Shown: positions 21,382 to 32,111, counted from the first letter of the whole stretch. The stretch: DNA of 62,886 nucleotides, filler included, from 6 parts of 6 records of this genome joined end to end with filler, not necessarily neighbours in it, one strand, 5' to 3'. The notes: generated by a model not told the origin, from the sequence alone. A program made the numbers and translations.

Positions 21382-22376
21382 ATGAAAACATTATTCAATA
21401 TTTTAATCAATTTCACGATACTTTTATTTTTCAGGCTTGTACTGATAAAGTATCATTGAAAAGTGATGATGATAAAAATCAAAAAGGTGAGTTGAAAATC
21501 AACAATCCGATTATCAGAGATAAGTATACCGCCGACCCGGCAGCTTTAGTGCATAATGATACTGTTTATTTATATGCTGGTCATGATGAAGCCCCTGTCG
21601 ATCATGGTTTTTATCTGATGAATGAATGGCTTGTGTATTCTTCAACCGACATGGTAAACTGGAAAGAGCACCCGGTACCGTTAAAAGCAACTGATTTTTT
21701 ATGGGCAAAGGGAGAAGCTTGGGCTGCACAGGTAATTGAGCGTAATGGTAAGTTTTACTGGTATGTTACTGTTGAACATGGAAGCATTCATGGAAAGTCA
21801 ATAGGTGTAGCAATATCCGATAATCCAACCGGACCATTTAACGATGCGCTTGGAAAGGCATTGGTTACAAACGATATGACCACTAAATATACCCAGATAA
21901 CTTGGGATGATATTGATCCATCTGTTTTTATTGACGATGACGGGCAGGCCTATCTGTTTTGGGGCAATACAGTTTGCTATTACGCAAAGCTTAAAGAAAA
22001 TATGATCGAGCTGGATGGTGAAATTCATACGATCGACTTGCCTTACTTTACCGAAGCTCCCTGGATTCATAAACGTGGAGAATGGTTCTATCTTTCATAT
22101 GCTTACCAATTTCCTGAAAAAACGGCTTATGCTATGAGCAAATCAATTACTGGTCCATGGGATTATAAAGGAATTTTAAATGAACTGGCAGGGAACTCTA
22201 ATACCAACCATCAAAGTATTATCGAATATAAGAACAACTGGTACTACATTTATCACACAGGTGGGATTCAACCCCATGGAGGTAGTTTCAGAAGGTCTGT
22301 TTGTATCGATCAGCTTTATTATAATCAGGACGGAACAATGAAAAGGGTTGTTATGACCTCAGAAGGAATTCAATAA
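21382..22376 (+). CDS. GH43 beta-xylosidase/arabinofuranosidase-type lipoprotein (apparent frameshift in signal peptide)
   Basis: TADPAA, AWAAQV, IDPSVF, TEAPW, TNHQSI motifs. ATG 21382 joins ...FQAC lipobox if one base is restored in a T-run. Confidence 0.85.
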
Positions 22377-22387
22377 AACAAAACAAA

Positions 22388-22703
22388 ATGAAACAATTAA
22401 TTATCTTATTCATTACACTGGCTATTTTTTCAGGAAGGTCTTTTTCTCAGAATATCGTTGTTCACGACCCTGTGATGATACAGGCAAATGATGTCTATTA
22501 TTTGTTTTGCACAGGAATGGGTATTAGCGTTTGGTCATCAACTGACATGAAAAACTGGGAACAGGAAAAGCCGATATTTAGTAAAGCACCCAAGTGGGCA
22601 GTAGAAGCCGTAACGGATTTTAAAGGGCATATTTGGGCTCCTGATATTGCCTATTTTAACAACCAGTATTACTTATACTATTCGGTATCTTCATTTGGAA
22701 AAA
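22388..22703 (+). CDS. GH43 endo-1,5-alpha-L-arabinanase (3'-truncated)
   Basis: VHDPVMI...YYLFCTG...HIWAPDI...YYLYYSVSSFG, characteristic of GH43 arabinanases. Confidence 0.8.
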
Positions 22704-22803
22704 NNNNNNNNNNNNNNNNNNNNNNNNNNNNNNNNNNNNNNNNNNNNTTAATTAATTAANNNNNNNNNNNNNNNNNNNNNNNNNNNNNNNNNNNNNNNNN
22801 NNN
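22704..22803. other. artificial contig linker
   Basis: N44-TTAATTAATTAA-N44. Confidence 0.98.
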
Positions 22804-23072
22804 TTTTTTCTGGTTTTTCTTTCATTCTTTTCAACCTTCCTTTCGAAAGACCCTGTGAGTAATCCTATAAAGCCTTTTACATTCGAGAAAGCCTGATCCA
22901 AATATGGATAGTTTTTGTGAAGATCTTTGCTTTTTGCAAGATCTTCAACCGTTTCGATTCCCTTTTGTGTTAGCGAAAGGGCTTGGTGTGCTAATTGTCC
23001 TAAGGCCTCATTTAGATTGAACTCTTCATTCTTCGGTGTGGAGGTTCTTTTTTTCTTTTTTGTCATGACCAA
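22804..23072 (-). CDS. hypothetical protein (truncated)
   Basis: Open frame running into the linker, GAGGA-like RBS; no recognisable motif. Confidence 0.45.
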
Positions 23073-23274
23073 AGATCCTCTTTATATGGTTAAATTCTCT
23101 AAAACCAACAGTTGCGGCAACAATTGCCAGGATTATTATTATTTCGACCCAACCAAAATTGCTGAATATACCGTTATTTAAAAACATTTAACGCGCCCTT
23201 TCTTGCGTCATAAAAATCTATGACCGCGTCAAAATGCTAGCATGCGTATTGGGGTTTGTCTAGTTGTTTGTTTT

Positions 23275-23721
23275 TTAGTCGGCTGCGTGATCGTTTAGGT
23301 GTTTGTTGTGTGTAAAATAGTTGATTGGGAGGGTTTCTTTGTCTTTAATGTGAAAATATATAAGAATTACATTTACATGGGCAATTACTGTTAAAAGGAT
23401 AATGGCAAAGTAGAGGACAAAAATGGGGGCTCCAATAAGTAAAAGTAGTGAAATAACAGCTATAATATAGGACGTTGGAACAAGTACTTTTCTGAAGCTT
23501 AACCTTATGCCTTCATATCTTGCAGCATTTTTATACCATTTCATGGTGTCGCAAATTTTTATAAAAAGGTATTCGGCGATGTAGATGAATAGTGCTATCT
23601 GTTGGTACCATTTTCTTCCGCCCGGCCACCATGTAATGAGCAGTAGAGCTGTGAAGATTATTCCGAGAATCTCCATGATATAGACGATCTTGCTCTCTCT
23701 ATTGAAGAATAGTTTTAGCAT
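23275..23721 (-). CDS. hypothetical integral membrane protein
   Basis: About four hydrophobic segments; overlaps the upstream gene's 3' end. Confidence 0.6.
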   Translation of the reverse strand: MLKLFFNRESKIVYIMEILGIIFTALLLITWWPGGRKWYQQIALFIYIAEYLFIKICDTMKWYKNAARYEGIRLSFRKVLVPTSYIIAVISLLLLIGAPIFVLYFAIILLTVIAHVNVILIYFHIKDKETLPINYFTHNKHLNDHAAD

Positions 23722-25507
23722 TTTTCGAAATTCCTTTAACCAACCTGTTTACAAGCCATATATTTGAGTCTAGAGCATATGGCGGTGTGTATTGATTTTT
23801 AGAGGGTTCTCTCTTTTGCCCTTCAAGTTTATTGCTTATATCCTTGAGTTTGACAAGGAGTTCTTTTTCTTTAGATTTTTTTGGCCTTTTTGACTTTGCA
23901 GCTCTGTTGATTCGACTGTTTTGGATTCTATATTTAAAGAGATGTCTACCATCTATATTCTTTTTGTCTTCCTTGAGGCCAAACCAGTCTAGAATGGTTG
24001 GGTAAAGGTCTGTTGTTCTTGCAAAACTGTATTTACCGCCCGGAATTTTGGGACCTCTGAGCATGAAAAATATATGCATGTCTTCTTTTATTATAGAGCC
24101 GTGTGTGCCGTGTTTGTGTCGAAAAAAAGACCATTCATCTTCAGGTATTATGTAGATATCTCCCGATCTTCCATCTGCAAATATTTGTGATAATTGAATT
24201 ACACAATCTGGATAGGTGTGAGATTTTGTGAGTTCTCCCCATAAGTCTGCTGAGTAATACTTACCGTTTAAGAGTCTTCTTGCTTCTGAATTATTGATTA
24301 GAAGTGGGTCGCTGGAGTTGTTCTCAATAGTGTATCTATACCAATCTTCATCTTTTCCTGTAAACCAATCAATAGAGCCTTCACCATTTTTTGAAAATAT
24401 CTTAGTGTTGTTTGGACCGTTTCGAACAGCGATAAATTTAACTTTTTCAGATTCAGTCAGTTCTTTTATTAAATCTACTTTCCCTTTTTTTGTTTCTATA
24501 TTTCTCATTTCTTCAATTGTGGGAGGTATTCGCCATCCTTTTTTGCTCTTCACGTACAAATTAGCTGTTGCAATTCCCCTTACTCCAACAAAAACATCAA
24601 AATTATTTTTTCTTGGGTGACCATTGTGCACCTTGAGTCCAAGCTTTTTAATAAACTTCTTTAACCCAAATTTTTTGCGTTTGATTGAGTGCATTCCATG
24701 ATCTGAGGCTAGAATTATATAGGTTTTATCAAAGATGCCTTTTTTCTTAAGGAGGTCGACAAATTTTCCTATAAATTGATCAACCTGTTCAACGGTGTAG
24801 TCGAGTATTGGACTTTCTGCGCCATAGTGATGTCCGTGAACATCAGCACTGTATAGCCCAACTAGACTGAATCTTGGGATTAGGCTTATGTCTCTATCAT
24901 AAAAATGCATGATTTCACTGAAAGCATATTTATCGAGCATCTCTTCACTGCCTGAGGCATACATTGACCAAAATGGTCTAATTGGTGAAGATGGTCTTCT
25001 GTGTTTAACATTAGTATTAAAAGAAGAATAGATAGCTGTTGTTTCATATCCTTGAAGATGGTCAAAGATCGAAGATGGGTGGTGAAGTTCTTTTATTTCT
25101 GGATTGTTTAGGGCTTTGAAGTTTAGGAAATCTTCATTTAGCTGTTGTTGGCCTTTGATTGTAAAGTATTCAACAACCTCTTCGTTGGTTCTGTCAAATC
25201 GGTTTAGATAGGGAATTCCTGCATGTCCTGGGAAAAGCCCCGATACTAATGACTGATAAGCAAGGTTTGATGCTGAAGGGAATACGGTTGTTGCGTGTGA
25301 AAAATATGCGCCTTCGTCAATAAAGTATTTTTTGATGTTAGGAGCCAGGCCTTTATCTACAATGTTTTCAAAGATTTCATATTTTAGGCCGTCTAAAATT
25401 AAAATAATTCCGTAGACATCGTTAATTTGTTTTTTTTGGTTCGCAAAGATGTGAGCCGGCGCCAAGAAAAAAATGAGTAGTAGTATTGTGGCGATGAATT
25501 GTTTCAT
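23699..25507 (-). CDS. alkaline phosphatase superfamily (nucleotide pyrophosphatase/phosphodiesterase) secreted protein
   Basis: LILDGL, TVFPSAS, DVHGHHYG, SDHGM, GTHGS metal-binding motifs; signal peptide from ATG 25507. Confidence 0.85.
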   Translation of the reverse strand: MKQFIATILLLIFFLAPAHIFANQKKQINDVYGIILILDGLKYEIFENIVDKGLAPNIKKYFIDEGAYFSHATTVFPSASNLAYQSLVSGLFPGHAGIPYLNRFDRTNEEVVEYFTIKGQQQLNEDFLNFKALNNPEIKELHHPSSIFDHLQGYETTAIYSSFNTNVKHRRPSSPIRPFWSMYASGSEEMLDKYAFSEIMHFYDRDISLIPRFSLVGLYSADVHGHHYGAESPILDYTVEQVDQFIGKFVDLLKKKGIFDKTYIILASDHGMHSIKRKKFGLKKFIKKLGLKVHNGHPRKNNFDVFVGVRGIATANLYVKSKKGWRIPPTIEEMRNIETKKGKVDLIKELTESEKVKFIAVRNGPNNTKIFSKNGEGSIDWFTGKDEDWYRYTIENNSSDPLLINNSEARRLLNGKYYSADLWGELTKSHTYPDCVIQLSQIFADGRSGDIYIIPEDEWSFFRHKHGTHGSIIKEDMHIFFMLRGPKIPGGKYSFARTTDLYPTILDWFGLKEDKKNIDGRHLFKYRIQNSRINRAAKSKRPKKSKEKELLVKLKDISNKLEGQKREPSKNQYTPPYALDSNIWLVNRLVKGISKNAKTILQ

Positions 25508-25579
25508 TTGGGGCGGTGTAGCACTGAAAGCCTTGCCAGTCAAATTGTTATAAAAAACTAGTTGTGGTGTTCAGTCTTG

Positions 25580-27040
25580 TTAAAGCTTTTTGAAAAGGCT
25601 GTAGGTGTTTTGCGTGTTTGCACTTTTTTCAATTATATCAACAATATTGCTGTCAGCTTGGCTCAAGACGTACTCTATATGGGCTCTTTTGGGCGAATCG
25701 CCAGCAAGTTCAGAGTTTGGAATTTTACCTATAAGCGAACGAAGCTTTTTGAATTTTCTATTGAGAATTTTGACTCCAGCAAAGTCTTTATCTTTAAATG
25801 GAGTCATCTTTTTGGGAACAAAAGGAGTTGCAACAACTGTAATGCTTGGAGCCATTGTTTTCAGTTTTCTCTTTTCTAAGATTACAGTTCTTATCTTCTC
25901 AACAAGTTTTCCAATACTGTTGATGTCATCTTCTGTCTCTTCTGGCAGTCCGATCATAAAATATAGTTTTAGATTTGTTATTCCTGCTTGAGCCAAGAGG
26001 CCAACGCTTTGTATGATTCTATTTTCGGTAAGTGATTTGTCGAGAGTTTTTCTTAGGTGCTCAGACCCCGCTTCGATTCCAAGAGCTATTCGTTTGTGAC
26101 CCGACCTAAATAGTATTTTTGCAATTTCTTCAGTAATTCTGTTTGTTCTCAGTGATGAGAGTGAAAATGTGATTCCTCTATCTAATAGGTTGTTAGCAAT
26201 TTCTATAAAATTTGGATGGCCTAAAATGTCTGAACCGATGAGGCCTATGTGTTGTCTGTGTTTAACGCCGGCTTCTATAGATGTGAGTATTGATTCCTTG
26301 CTCCTTTGTCTGTGGGGTGAGTAGAGGTCTGGGGTTGCGCAAAATTTACAATTCCAGGGGCAGCCTCTTCCCGTTTCAACTAGGTGCATTCGACCAAACT
26401 CGGTGTCATTTGTCCATAAAGATTGGTATGTCGGATGTTTGTCCAGATTTTGGATGGTGTTTTTCTCAATTTTATCGAGATTCTCCAATTTTGGAATATA
26501 GATGGAGTTTATTTTCGCTAACTTTTCAAGCGCTTCATCTTTGTTGTTGGTGTCTTTGATGATTGTTGAAATGTCTGAAAAAAGAGTGTCTCCCTCTCCA
26601 ACAACAATTGCATCAAAAATTTCAGAAAGTGCTTCAGGATTAAGAGTGACTGATGGCCCCCCTGCTATAAAAAGAGGATGGGTGTTATCGCGTTCCAATC
26701 GTCTTAAGGGAATGTCTTCTCCGAATATTTTTGGAATATTAAGATAGTCCGCCTCAAAAGAGAATGTAAAGCAGGCCATGTTGAAGTCTGCAAGTTGCCG
26801 CTTGTTCTCAAGTGAATAAGGTTTTGTTTCTTCATTTGGCAGGAAAAAACGTTCTGCGACTATTTCTGGATCATTGTTAAAGTGTTTATACAATAGATGG
26901 ACTGCAAGGTTACTCATTCCTACAAAATAGGTGTTTGGGTAGACTATAGCGACTGGAGTTTTTCCTCCCCAATCCTTAACAATTGTTCCTTGTTCATTAT
27001 CTATTGTCATAAATATAGCTCTGCGTCGTGAATGGTACAT
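25580..27040 (-). CDS. radical SAM protein with N-terminal B12-binding-like domain
   Basis: GRGCPWNCKFC (CxxxCxxC), YPNTYFVGMSN, LKLYFMIGLPEET. Confidence 0.88.
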   Translation of the reverse strand: MYHSRRRAIFMTIDNEQGTIVKDWGGKTPVAIVYPNTYFVGMSNLAVHLLYKHFNNDPEIVAERFFLPNEETKPYSLENKRQLADFNMACFTFSFEADYLNIPKIFGEDIPLRRLERDNTHPLFIAGGPSVTLNPEALSEIFDAIVVGEGDTLFSDISTIIKDTNNKDEALEKLAKINSIYIPKLENLDKIEKNTIQNLDKHPTYQSLWTNDTEFGRMHLVETGRGCPWNCKFCATPDLYSPHRQRSKESILTSIEAGVKHRQHIGLIGSDILGHPNFIEIANNLLDRGITFSLSSLRTNRITEEIAKILFRSGHKRIALGIEAGSEHLRKTLDKSLTENRIIQSVGLLAQAGITNLKLYFMIGLPEETEDDINSIGKLVEKIRTVILEKRKLKTMAPSITVVATPFVPKKMTPFKDKDFAGVKILNRKFKKLRSLIGKIPNSELAGDSPKRAHIEYVLSQADSNIVDIIEKSANTQNTYSLFKKL

Positions 27041-27175
27041 TATAGCAGATAAGATCGTTTTCTATAATAGTAAATGTTTGTAAATACAATGTTTTTTGGG
27101 GTGATTATTTTTCGGAGTTAAGACTTGCATAAATTGGTTCGGAGCGATATTGCCTAATTATTAGGCAGGGGTGTT

Positions 27176-28297
27176 ATGGTATCAGTTACAGATACAATTT
27201 CAGATATGAAGCCGGTTCCGGCAGATCTTATGAGATCTTATAGGAGCAAGCTCGAAGGTGAGCTCGACTTTGTTGGCAAGTCGAGACATATGAAACAGAT
27301 CTTCGAGCAAATTTCCGAATATGCCTCAATAAAAAAACCTGTGTCGATTGCTGGCAATAAAGGCACAGGTCGAAAGATAATAGCTCAAACAATTCATCTT
27401 GAAAGTTCAGATTGGTGGAAGCCTTTTTATGAGATAGATTTAACAGGGATGTCGCTGGAAGATGCTTCAAAGGTGCTTTTTGGTTTTGAAGAGAGTCATA
27501 TTTTTTCTTCACAAGTAAAAAAGGAGGGTTATCTGACTCTTGCCTTTGGTTCTACGCTTTGTTTGAAAAATTTTGATAGATATTCAAAAGATGTTCAGTA
27601 TCTTCTTTGTGATTCCTCTTTTTCAAAAAAATTCAATGTTGTTGGAAGTGGCGAAGAAAAACCATTTGAATGTCGTCTGATCTTCACCTTACAACAATCT
27701 CCAGAGAGTTTAAAGAAAATCGAAATTATTGATGAGTCTCTGTGTGAGTTGGTTGAAGACAGGGTTATAACAATTCCAAGTTTGTCAAAAAGAAAAGATG
27801 ATATTATTCCTCTGGCAAATAAGTTTGTAGGCGATTGTTGTAGCGAATTTGAAATGCCTCTAAAGAAAATTTCAAAAGATGCTGAGAGGTGGCTTCGAAA
27901 GGCTCCTTGGTTGCAAAACATTATTCAGTTAAAAAAGAGTATTTTTAGAGCCTGTATAAACACTAAGGATAGTGTGTTGTATCCTCATCATTTTGCATTA
28001 GCTCATGAGGGGAATCTCGAGCGCTATCAGGAAAAGCAGTTAGAAGAACTTTCTATTAGTGATATTGTTGAGCAAAAGTTGGAATCATTTTTGGGAAGGC
28101 TTGGTTCTTTTGAAGCAAATCATCTTCATGAAGCCATTATGGATAGAGTTGAAGAGCCTCTGATTAAATTGGTTCTTGGTCATGTTAGAGGTAATCAGAT
28201 AAAAGCTAGCAGGATGCTTGGAATTAATAGAAATACGCTGAGAGCCAAGATAAAAAAATATAATGTTAAAATCCTAAAGGACGGGAGGGTTAAGTGA
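27176..28297 (+). CDS. degenerate sigma54-activator-type AAA+ domain fused to Fis-type HTH
   Basis: FVGKS..M, GNKGTGRK..AQTIH, IPSLSKRKDDIIPL, GNQIKASRMLGINRNTLRAK; GAFTGA and Walker B are not conserved. Confidence 0.8.
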   Translation: MVSVTDTISDMKPVPADLMRSYRSKLEGELDFVGKSRHMKQIFEQISEYASIKKPVSIAGNKGTGRKIIAQTIHLESSDWWKPFYEIDLTGMSLEDASKVLFGFEESHIFSSQVKKEGYLTLAFGSTLCLKNFDRYSKDVQYLLCDSSFSKKFNVVGSGEEKPFECRLIFTLQQSPESLKKIEIIDESLCELVEDRVITIPSLSKRKDDIIPLANKFVGDCCSEFEMPLKKISKDAERWLRKAPWLQNIIQLKKSIFRACINTKDSVLYPHHFALAHEGNLERYQEKQLEELSISDIVEQKLESFLGRLGSFEANHLHEAIMDRVEEPLIKLVLGHVRGNQIKASRMLGINRNTLRAKIKKYNVKILKDGRVK

Positions 28298-28992
28298 ATA
28301 CCGAGTCTGTGAACGAAAAACACAGAGTTGAAGATGCAGATAATAAGATTAAAGGTCTTTACGCTATTGTTGATAACACTTTTTCCCCAAATAGAAGTCA
28401 CTTAGAATTAGCAATAGATTATCTCTCCGGAGGATGTAAAATTTTACAACTAAGAATGAAGCGAGATGCCTCTGGAACAATCAGAAAAAATTATTGGGAT
28501 CGTGATGTTTTTGAAGTTGCTAAGAGTATTGCAAAGCTAAAAGCAAAATACGATTTCACATTTATTGTTAATGACTATGTCGACGTTGCAGCAGAAATTA
28601 GAGCTGATGGAATTCATGTTGGCGCAAATGATATGTCTATTGATAAGGTCAGGGAGAGAGTTGGAACCAGTTTTATAATAGGTTATTCTTCGCACTCTGT
28701 TGAAGAAGCTCTTTTGGCTGAAAAAGCTGGGGCTGGCTATGTTGCTCTTGGCGCCATTTTTCAGACTAAGACAAAGGGCCCTGGTCATCCTGTTCAAGGT
28801 ATCGAGAGTTTGAAAAATGTTGTTTCTAAAATAGATGTTCCTGTTGTTGCGATCGGCGGTATTAATAGAGAAAATATTGGTGAGGTTGTTTCAACCGGTG
28901 TTTCTTCAATTGCGATGATTACAGCGTTGTCTCAAGCAAAAGATCCTGTCTTAGAGACAAAATGGTATGTCGACTTCCTAAATAAGAGTTAG
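28294..28992 (+). CDS. thiE: thiamine-phosphate synthase
   Basis: LQLRMK, FIVNDYVD, DGIHVGAND, IGYSSH, TKTK, VVAIGGI. Confidence 0.92.
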   Translation: MNTESVNEKHRVEDADNKIKGLYAIVDNTFSPNRSHLELAIDYLSGGCKILQLRMKRDASGTIRKNYWDRDVFEVAKSIAKLKAKYDFTFIVNDYVDVAAEIRADGIHVGANDMSIDKVRERVGTSFIIGYSSHSVEEALLAEKAGAGYVALGAIFQTKTKGPGHPVQGIESLKNVVSKIDVPVVAIGGINRENIGEVVSTGVSSIAMITALSQAKDPVLETKWYVDFLNKS

Positions 28993-29013
28993 TTTTTTCA
29001 AAGCGAATAGTAA

Positions 29014-29766
29014 ATGAAAATTGTTTTAACAATAGCTGGGTCTGATCCTTCTGGCGGTGCTGGTGTTCAGGCGGATTTGAGAACGTTTGATTTTTTTGGT
29101 ATTAGAGGGCTTTCTGCAATTACGGCTATAACCTCTCAAACTGAAGAGAAGTTTTTATCATCGTTCAATGTTCCTTCGGATATTCTTTCTGCTCAACTTT
29201 TGTCCCTGAATAATAAATATAATATAGATGCTGTTAAAATTGGAATGATCGGGAGTTTAGAGAATTTGAAAGCGATTGCAGCATTTTTGAGTGAAATTGA
29301 TGATATCCCCGTTATTCTTGATCCCGTCTTATACTCTTCTACAAATTTTCCTCTCCTTGAAGAAAAAGCAATTCCCAGTTTGTCCAGTGAGTTTTTTCCA
29401 TATGTTTCGATTGTTACCCCAAATATTTCAGAAGCTTCAATTTTGTCTGGCTTAAAAATAGAAGGTTTGGATGGTATGGTAGAAGCCGCTAAGTTAATTT
29501 ATAAAAAACTCAGTAAGAATAATAGTAAGAACCCATTAGCTGTTATTGTTAAGGGTGGACATCTAGAAAGCAGGGCTGTTGATATTATTTATGATGGAAA
29601 AAACGTAGATCAAATTGATTCTAAACAGGCCTCAGGTTCTATTCATGGCTCTGGATGTGCGTATTCGTCAGCGTTAGCAGCTCACCTTGCTAACGGAGAA
29701 ATTCTTATAGATGCTGCTAAAAAATCAAAAGAGTATATCGTTGATTTGATTAGTCAGAAAAATTAG
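29014..29766 (+). CDS. thiD: hydroxymethylpyrimidine/phosphomethylpyrimidine kinase
   Basis: LTIAGSDPSGGAGVQAD, VKIGM, LDPV, TPNISEA, KGGH, HGSGC. Confidence 0.92.
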   Translation: MKIVLTIAGSDPSGGAGVQADLRTFDFFGIRGLSAITAITSQTEEKFLSSFNVPSDILSAQLLSLNNKYNIDAVKIGMIGSLENLKAIAAFLSEIDDIPVILDPVLYSSTNFPLLEEKAIPSLSSEFFPYVSIVTPNISEASILSGLKIEGLDGMVEAAKLIYKKLSKNNSKNPLAVIVKGGHLESRAVDIIYDGKNVDQIDSKQASGSIHGSGCAYSSALAAHLANGEILIDAAKKSKEYIVDLISQKN

Positions 29767-30614
29767 GGGAGCAATCCTTTGTATGCTTCCATGATTTTTT
29801 CTGTTACTGGTCCTGGAGCTTTTGTTTTTTCAGCAAGGTCTATTAGTTCATGAACTGGCAAGACTTCTGTTGTTGAGCCTGTTAAAAAGACCTCATCACA
29901 TGATTTTAAATCTTCTATATCAATTGTTCTTTCTGAAATGTCGATGTCTTGGCTTTCTGCTAATTGCATAACTATATGCCTGGTTACGCCCGGTAATACA
30001 CCTTCAGCTATGGGCGTTGTTAAGACCTTACCTTCTTTAATGATGAAGATGTTAGTGGAAGATCCCTCTAGTATTTTTCCTTCTGGCGTGCAGAAGAGGC
30101 CTTCGTCTGCATTGGCTTGAACAGCCTGGTCTCTCGCCATCATTTTGTTTAAATAATTTGTCGATTTCAAGTTTGCCATTATTGGATGGTCGCTAGGGAT
30201 GTCTTTGATGATAAGGACTCGAGCGCCTTTTGTGTAGAGTTCTTTTGGTCGTCCGCTAAACTCTTTACAAAAAATTGTGACATTTGTAGTCATCTTTTTT
30301 GGCTTTTTGATTCCGAAAGAGGCGCCAACTGGACTTATTGTGACCCTGACATAGGCATCCTTAATTTTATTGGCATTAATGGTTTTTAAAATTGCTTTTT
30401 CAAAAGAGTGCCTGTTCAGAGGAAGCTCAATGTTGAGTCGGGCACAATTTTTTTCTAACCTTTCATAATGAAGATCGGAAAAGGCTATATGTCCGTTATA
30501 AGTTCTTAATGTTTCAAATACACCCTCGCCATAGAGATAGCTTCTATCAAAAACTGAAATCATAGCCTCTTTTTCTGGGACGAGTTTATTATTAAGGTAA
30601 ACAGATCTAGGCAT
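29763..30614 (-). CDS. class IV PLP aminotransferase (PabC/IlvE/Dat family)
   Basis: DRSYLYGEGVFET, LKSTNY, EGSSTNIF, LPGVTR, DEVFLTGS; adjacent to a PabB-like gene. Confidence 0.88.
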   Translation of the reverse strand: MPRSVYLNNKLVPEKEAMISVFDRSYLYGEGVFETLRTYNGHIAFSDLHYERLEKNCARLNIELPLNRHSFEKAILKTINANKIKDAYVRVTISPVGASFGIKKPKKMTTNVTIFCKEFSGRPKELYTKGARVLIIKDIPSDHPIMANLKSTNYLNKMMARDQAVQANADEGLFCTPEGKILEGSSTNIFIIKEGKVLTTPIAEGVLPGVTRHIVMQLAESQDIDISERTIDIEDLKSCDEVFLTGSTTEVLPVHELIDLAEKTKAPGPVTEKIMEAYKGLLP

Positions 30615-30631
30615 TGTTGTTCTCCTGCTCT

Positions 30632-31999
30632 TTAGCTGAGATTGTTAATCTTCTTAAAAAGCTGTTTTAAATTATTTTTTGAGTTGAAATAGATTTCTTC
30701 TGGTTCTGTTGCTAATTCAATATTTTGTCCTGCGTGTATGTATGCAACTTGATCTTTAACTATCATTGTTCTTACTGCCATATTGAATTGGGATTTATTT
30801 CCTGTTCCTATATATCCCATAACGCCTGTGTAGACTTCTCTGCTTGAGGGCTCATTTCGGCGAAGCCATTCGTTTACAGAAATCTTGGGGACTCCAGTCA
30901 TTGAGGCTCCTGGCAAAGCTGCGAGAAGACAGTCTGTAAGAGGCGTGTTTTTATTGATAACTCCCTCGATTTTGTTCATTAGATAATGAGAACTTATGTC
31001 TGTCTTTATTTTTGAATTGTCAAAATCAGGCTTTTTAACGAGTATCTTTTCAAGTGAACTACCGTCTCCCATAATGATGGGGTCGTTAGCTGCTTTTGAA
31101 AGTTTGAGTTCGTTGATATTTATTCTGTCTTCAACCGCATTTTTTGACTTTAAAATACTTTTTTGAACGACATTGCATTCGAGTTTGTTGTTTAAAGTCT
31201 TTAAAAAACAAGTTGGTGAAGTCGAAAGGATCTCAAAAGAACCACATTTTAAATATGACGAGTAGGGTGATAAGTTTCGGTTTCTTAAAAGCTTATGTAC
31301 AGACCAAGGCTTGGGTCTGATGGGTGCATGAAATCTCTGAGCAACAGTTGCTTTCAACCACTCTTTTCTATTTAGATTTTTCTGAACTTCATTAATAGCT
31401 CTTACGTATTTTCCCTCTTCGAAGTTGGAGACGGGAGCCGGCATAATAGGTTTGATAAAAGAGCCGGTTTTTTCGTTATTGTATGTTATCTGAGACAGTA
31501 AGTAGTCACACTTTTCTTTTGCAATATCAATATTTGGTCTTAGGTTGTTATCAAGGCCCATCGAAGTTATAAAATAGTTTTCCTCAAAATGATCGAAGAC
31601 CAAGACAGTATCATAGAGTCCAAACCAGAGGTCCGGAATGTTACAAGCATCATAGTAGTCTTTTGATGATGTGTGAGGCCAATTGTGGCCGATAAACCCT
31701 ACAAGTCCGCCATGAAAAGGAAGATATGGATCGTGTGGTAGTGAATTCAATTCTTTTTCGAATCTTCGTAAGGCGTCAATTGGACTATCTATTGTAGTGT
31801 GGTCATCTATTGATATGAATCCGCCCTTGCTTGAGAATATCTTTATGGGATCAGTCCCAAAGAAACTGTATCTTCCGATGGAGTTATGTTCGCTAGCTGA
31901 ATCTAGAAAAAAACAATACGGTCTTGATGTAAGTTTATCTAATTTCTCTGGAGAGAAAGACTTGATTGGTATCTTGACCGTATATATGGACTTTTCCAT
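30632..31999 (-). CDS. PabB/TrpE-like chorismate-binding (MST) protein with eroded catalytic motifs
   Basis: FFLDSA...GRYS, PFHGGLVGF, PGASMTGVPK, REVYTGVMGY, NMAVRT retained; PIKGT, ENLMIVD and E..E...K not recognisable. Confidence 0.78.
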   Translation of the reverse strand: MEKSIYTVKIPIKSFSPEKLDKLTSRPYCFFLDSASEHNSIGRYSFFGTDPIKIFSSKGGFISIDDHTTIDSPIDALRRFEKELNSLPHDPYLPFHGGLVGFIGHNWPHTSSKDYYDACNIPDLWFGLYDTVLVFDHFEENYFITSMGLDNNLRPNIDIAKEKCDYLLSQITYNNEKTGSFIKPIMPAPVSNFEEGKYVRAINEVQKNLNRKEWLKATVAQRFHAPIRPKPWSVHKLLRNRNLSPYSSYLKCGSFEILSTSPTCFLKTLNNKLECNVVQKSILKSKNAVEDRININELKLSKAANDPIIMGDGSSLEKILVKKPDFDNSKIKTDISSHYLMNKIEGVINKNTPLTDCLLAALPGASMTGVPKISVNEWLRRNEPSSREVYTGVMGYIGTGNKSQFNMAVRTMIVKDQVAYIHAGQNIELATEPEEIYFNSKNNLKQLFKKINNLS

Positions 32000-32111
32000 T
32001 TCTTTATACGATCACAGAATGTTGATATAAGTCAATAAAATATAATAGTGATTTGTGAATTGTGAGTAGTGAATGCTTTTATTTGCTTAAGTTGAAGGAG
32101 GGCAATGTGCG

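Noticed and set aside
9043-22703. Treating contigs 2 and 3 (and 1) as one large PUL
   Set aside because: Linkers intervene; order and common origin are unknown.
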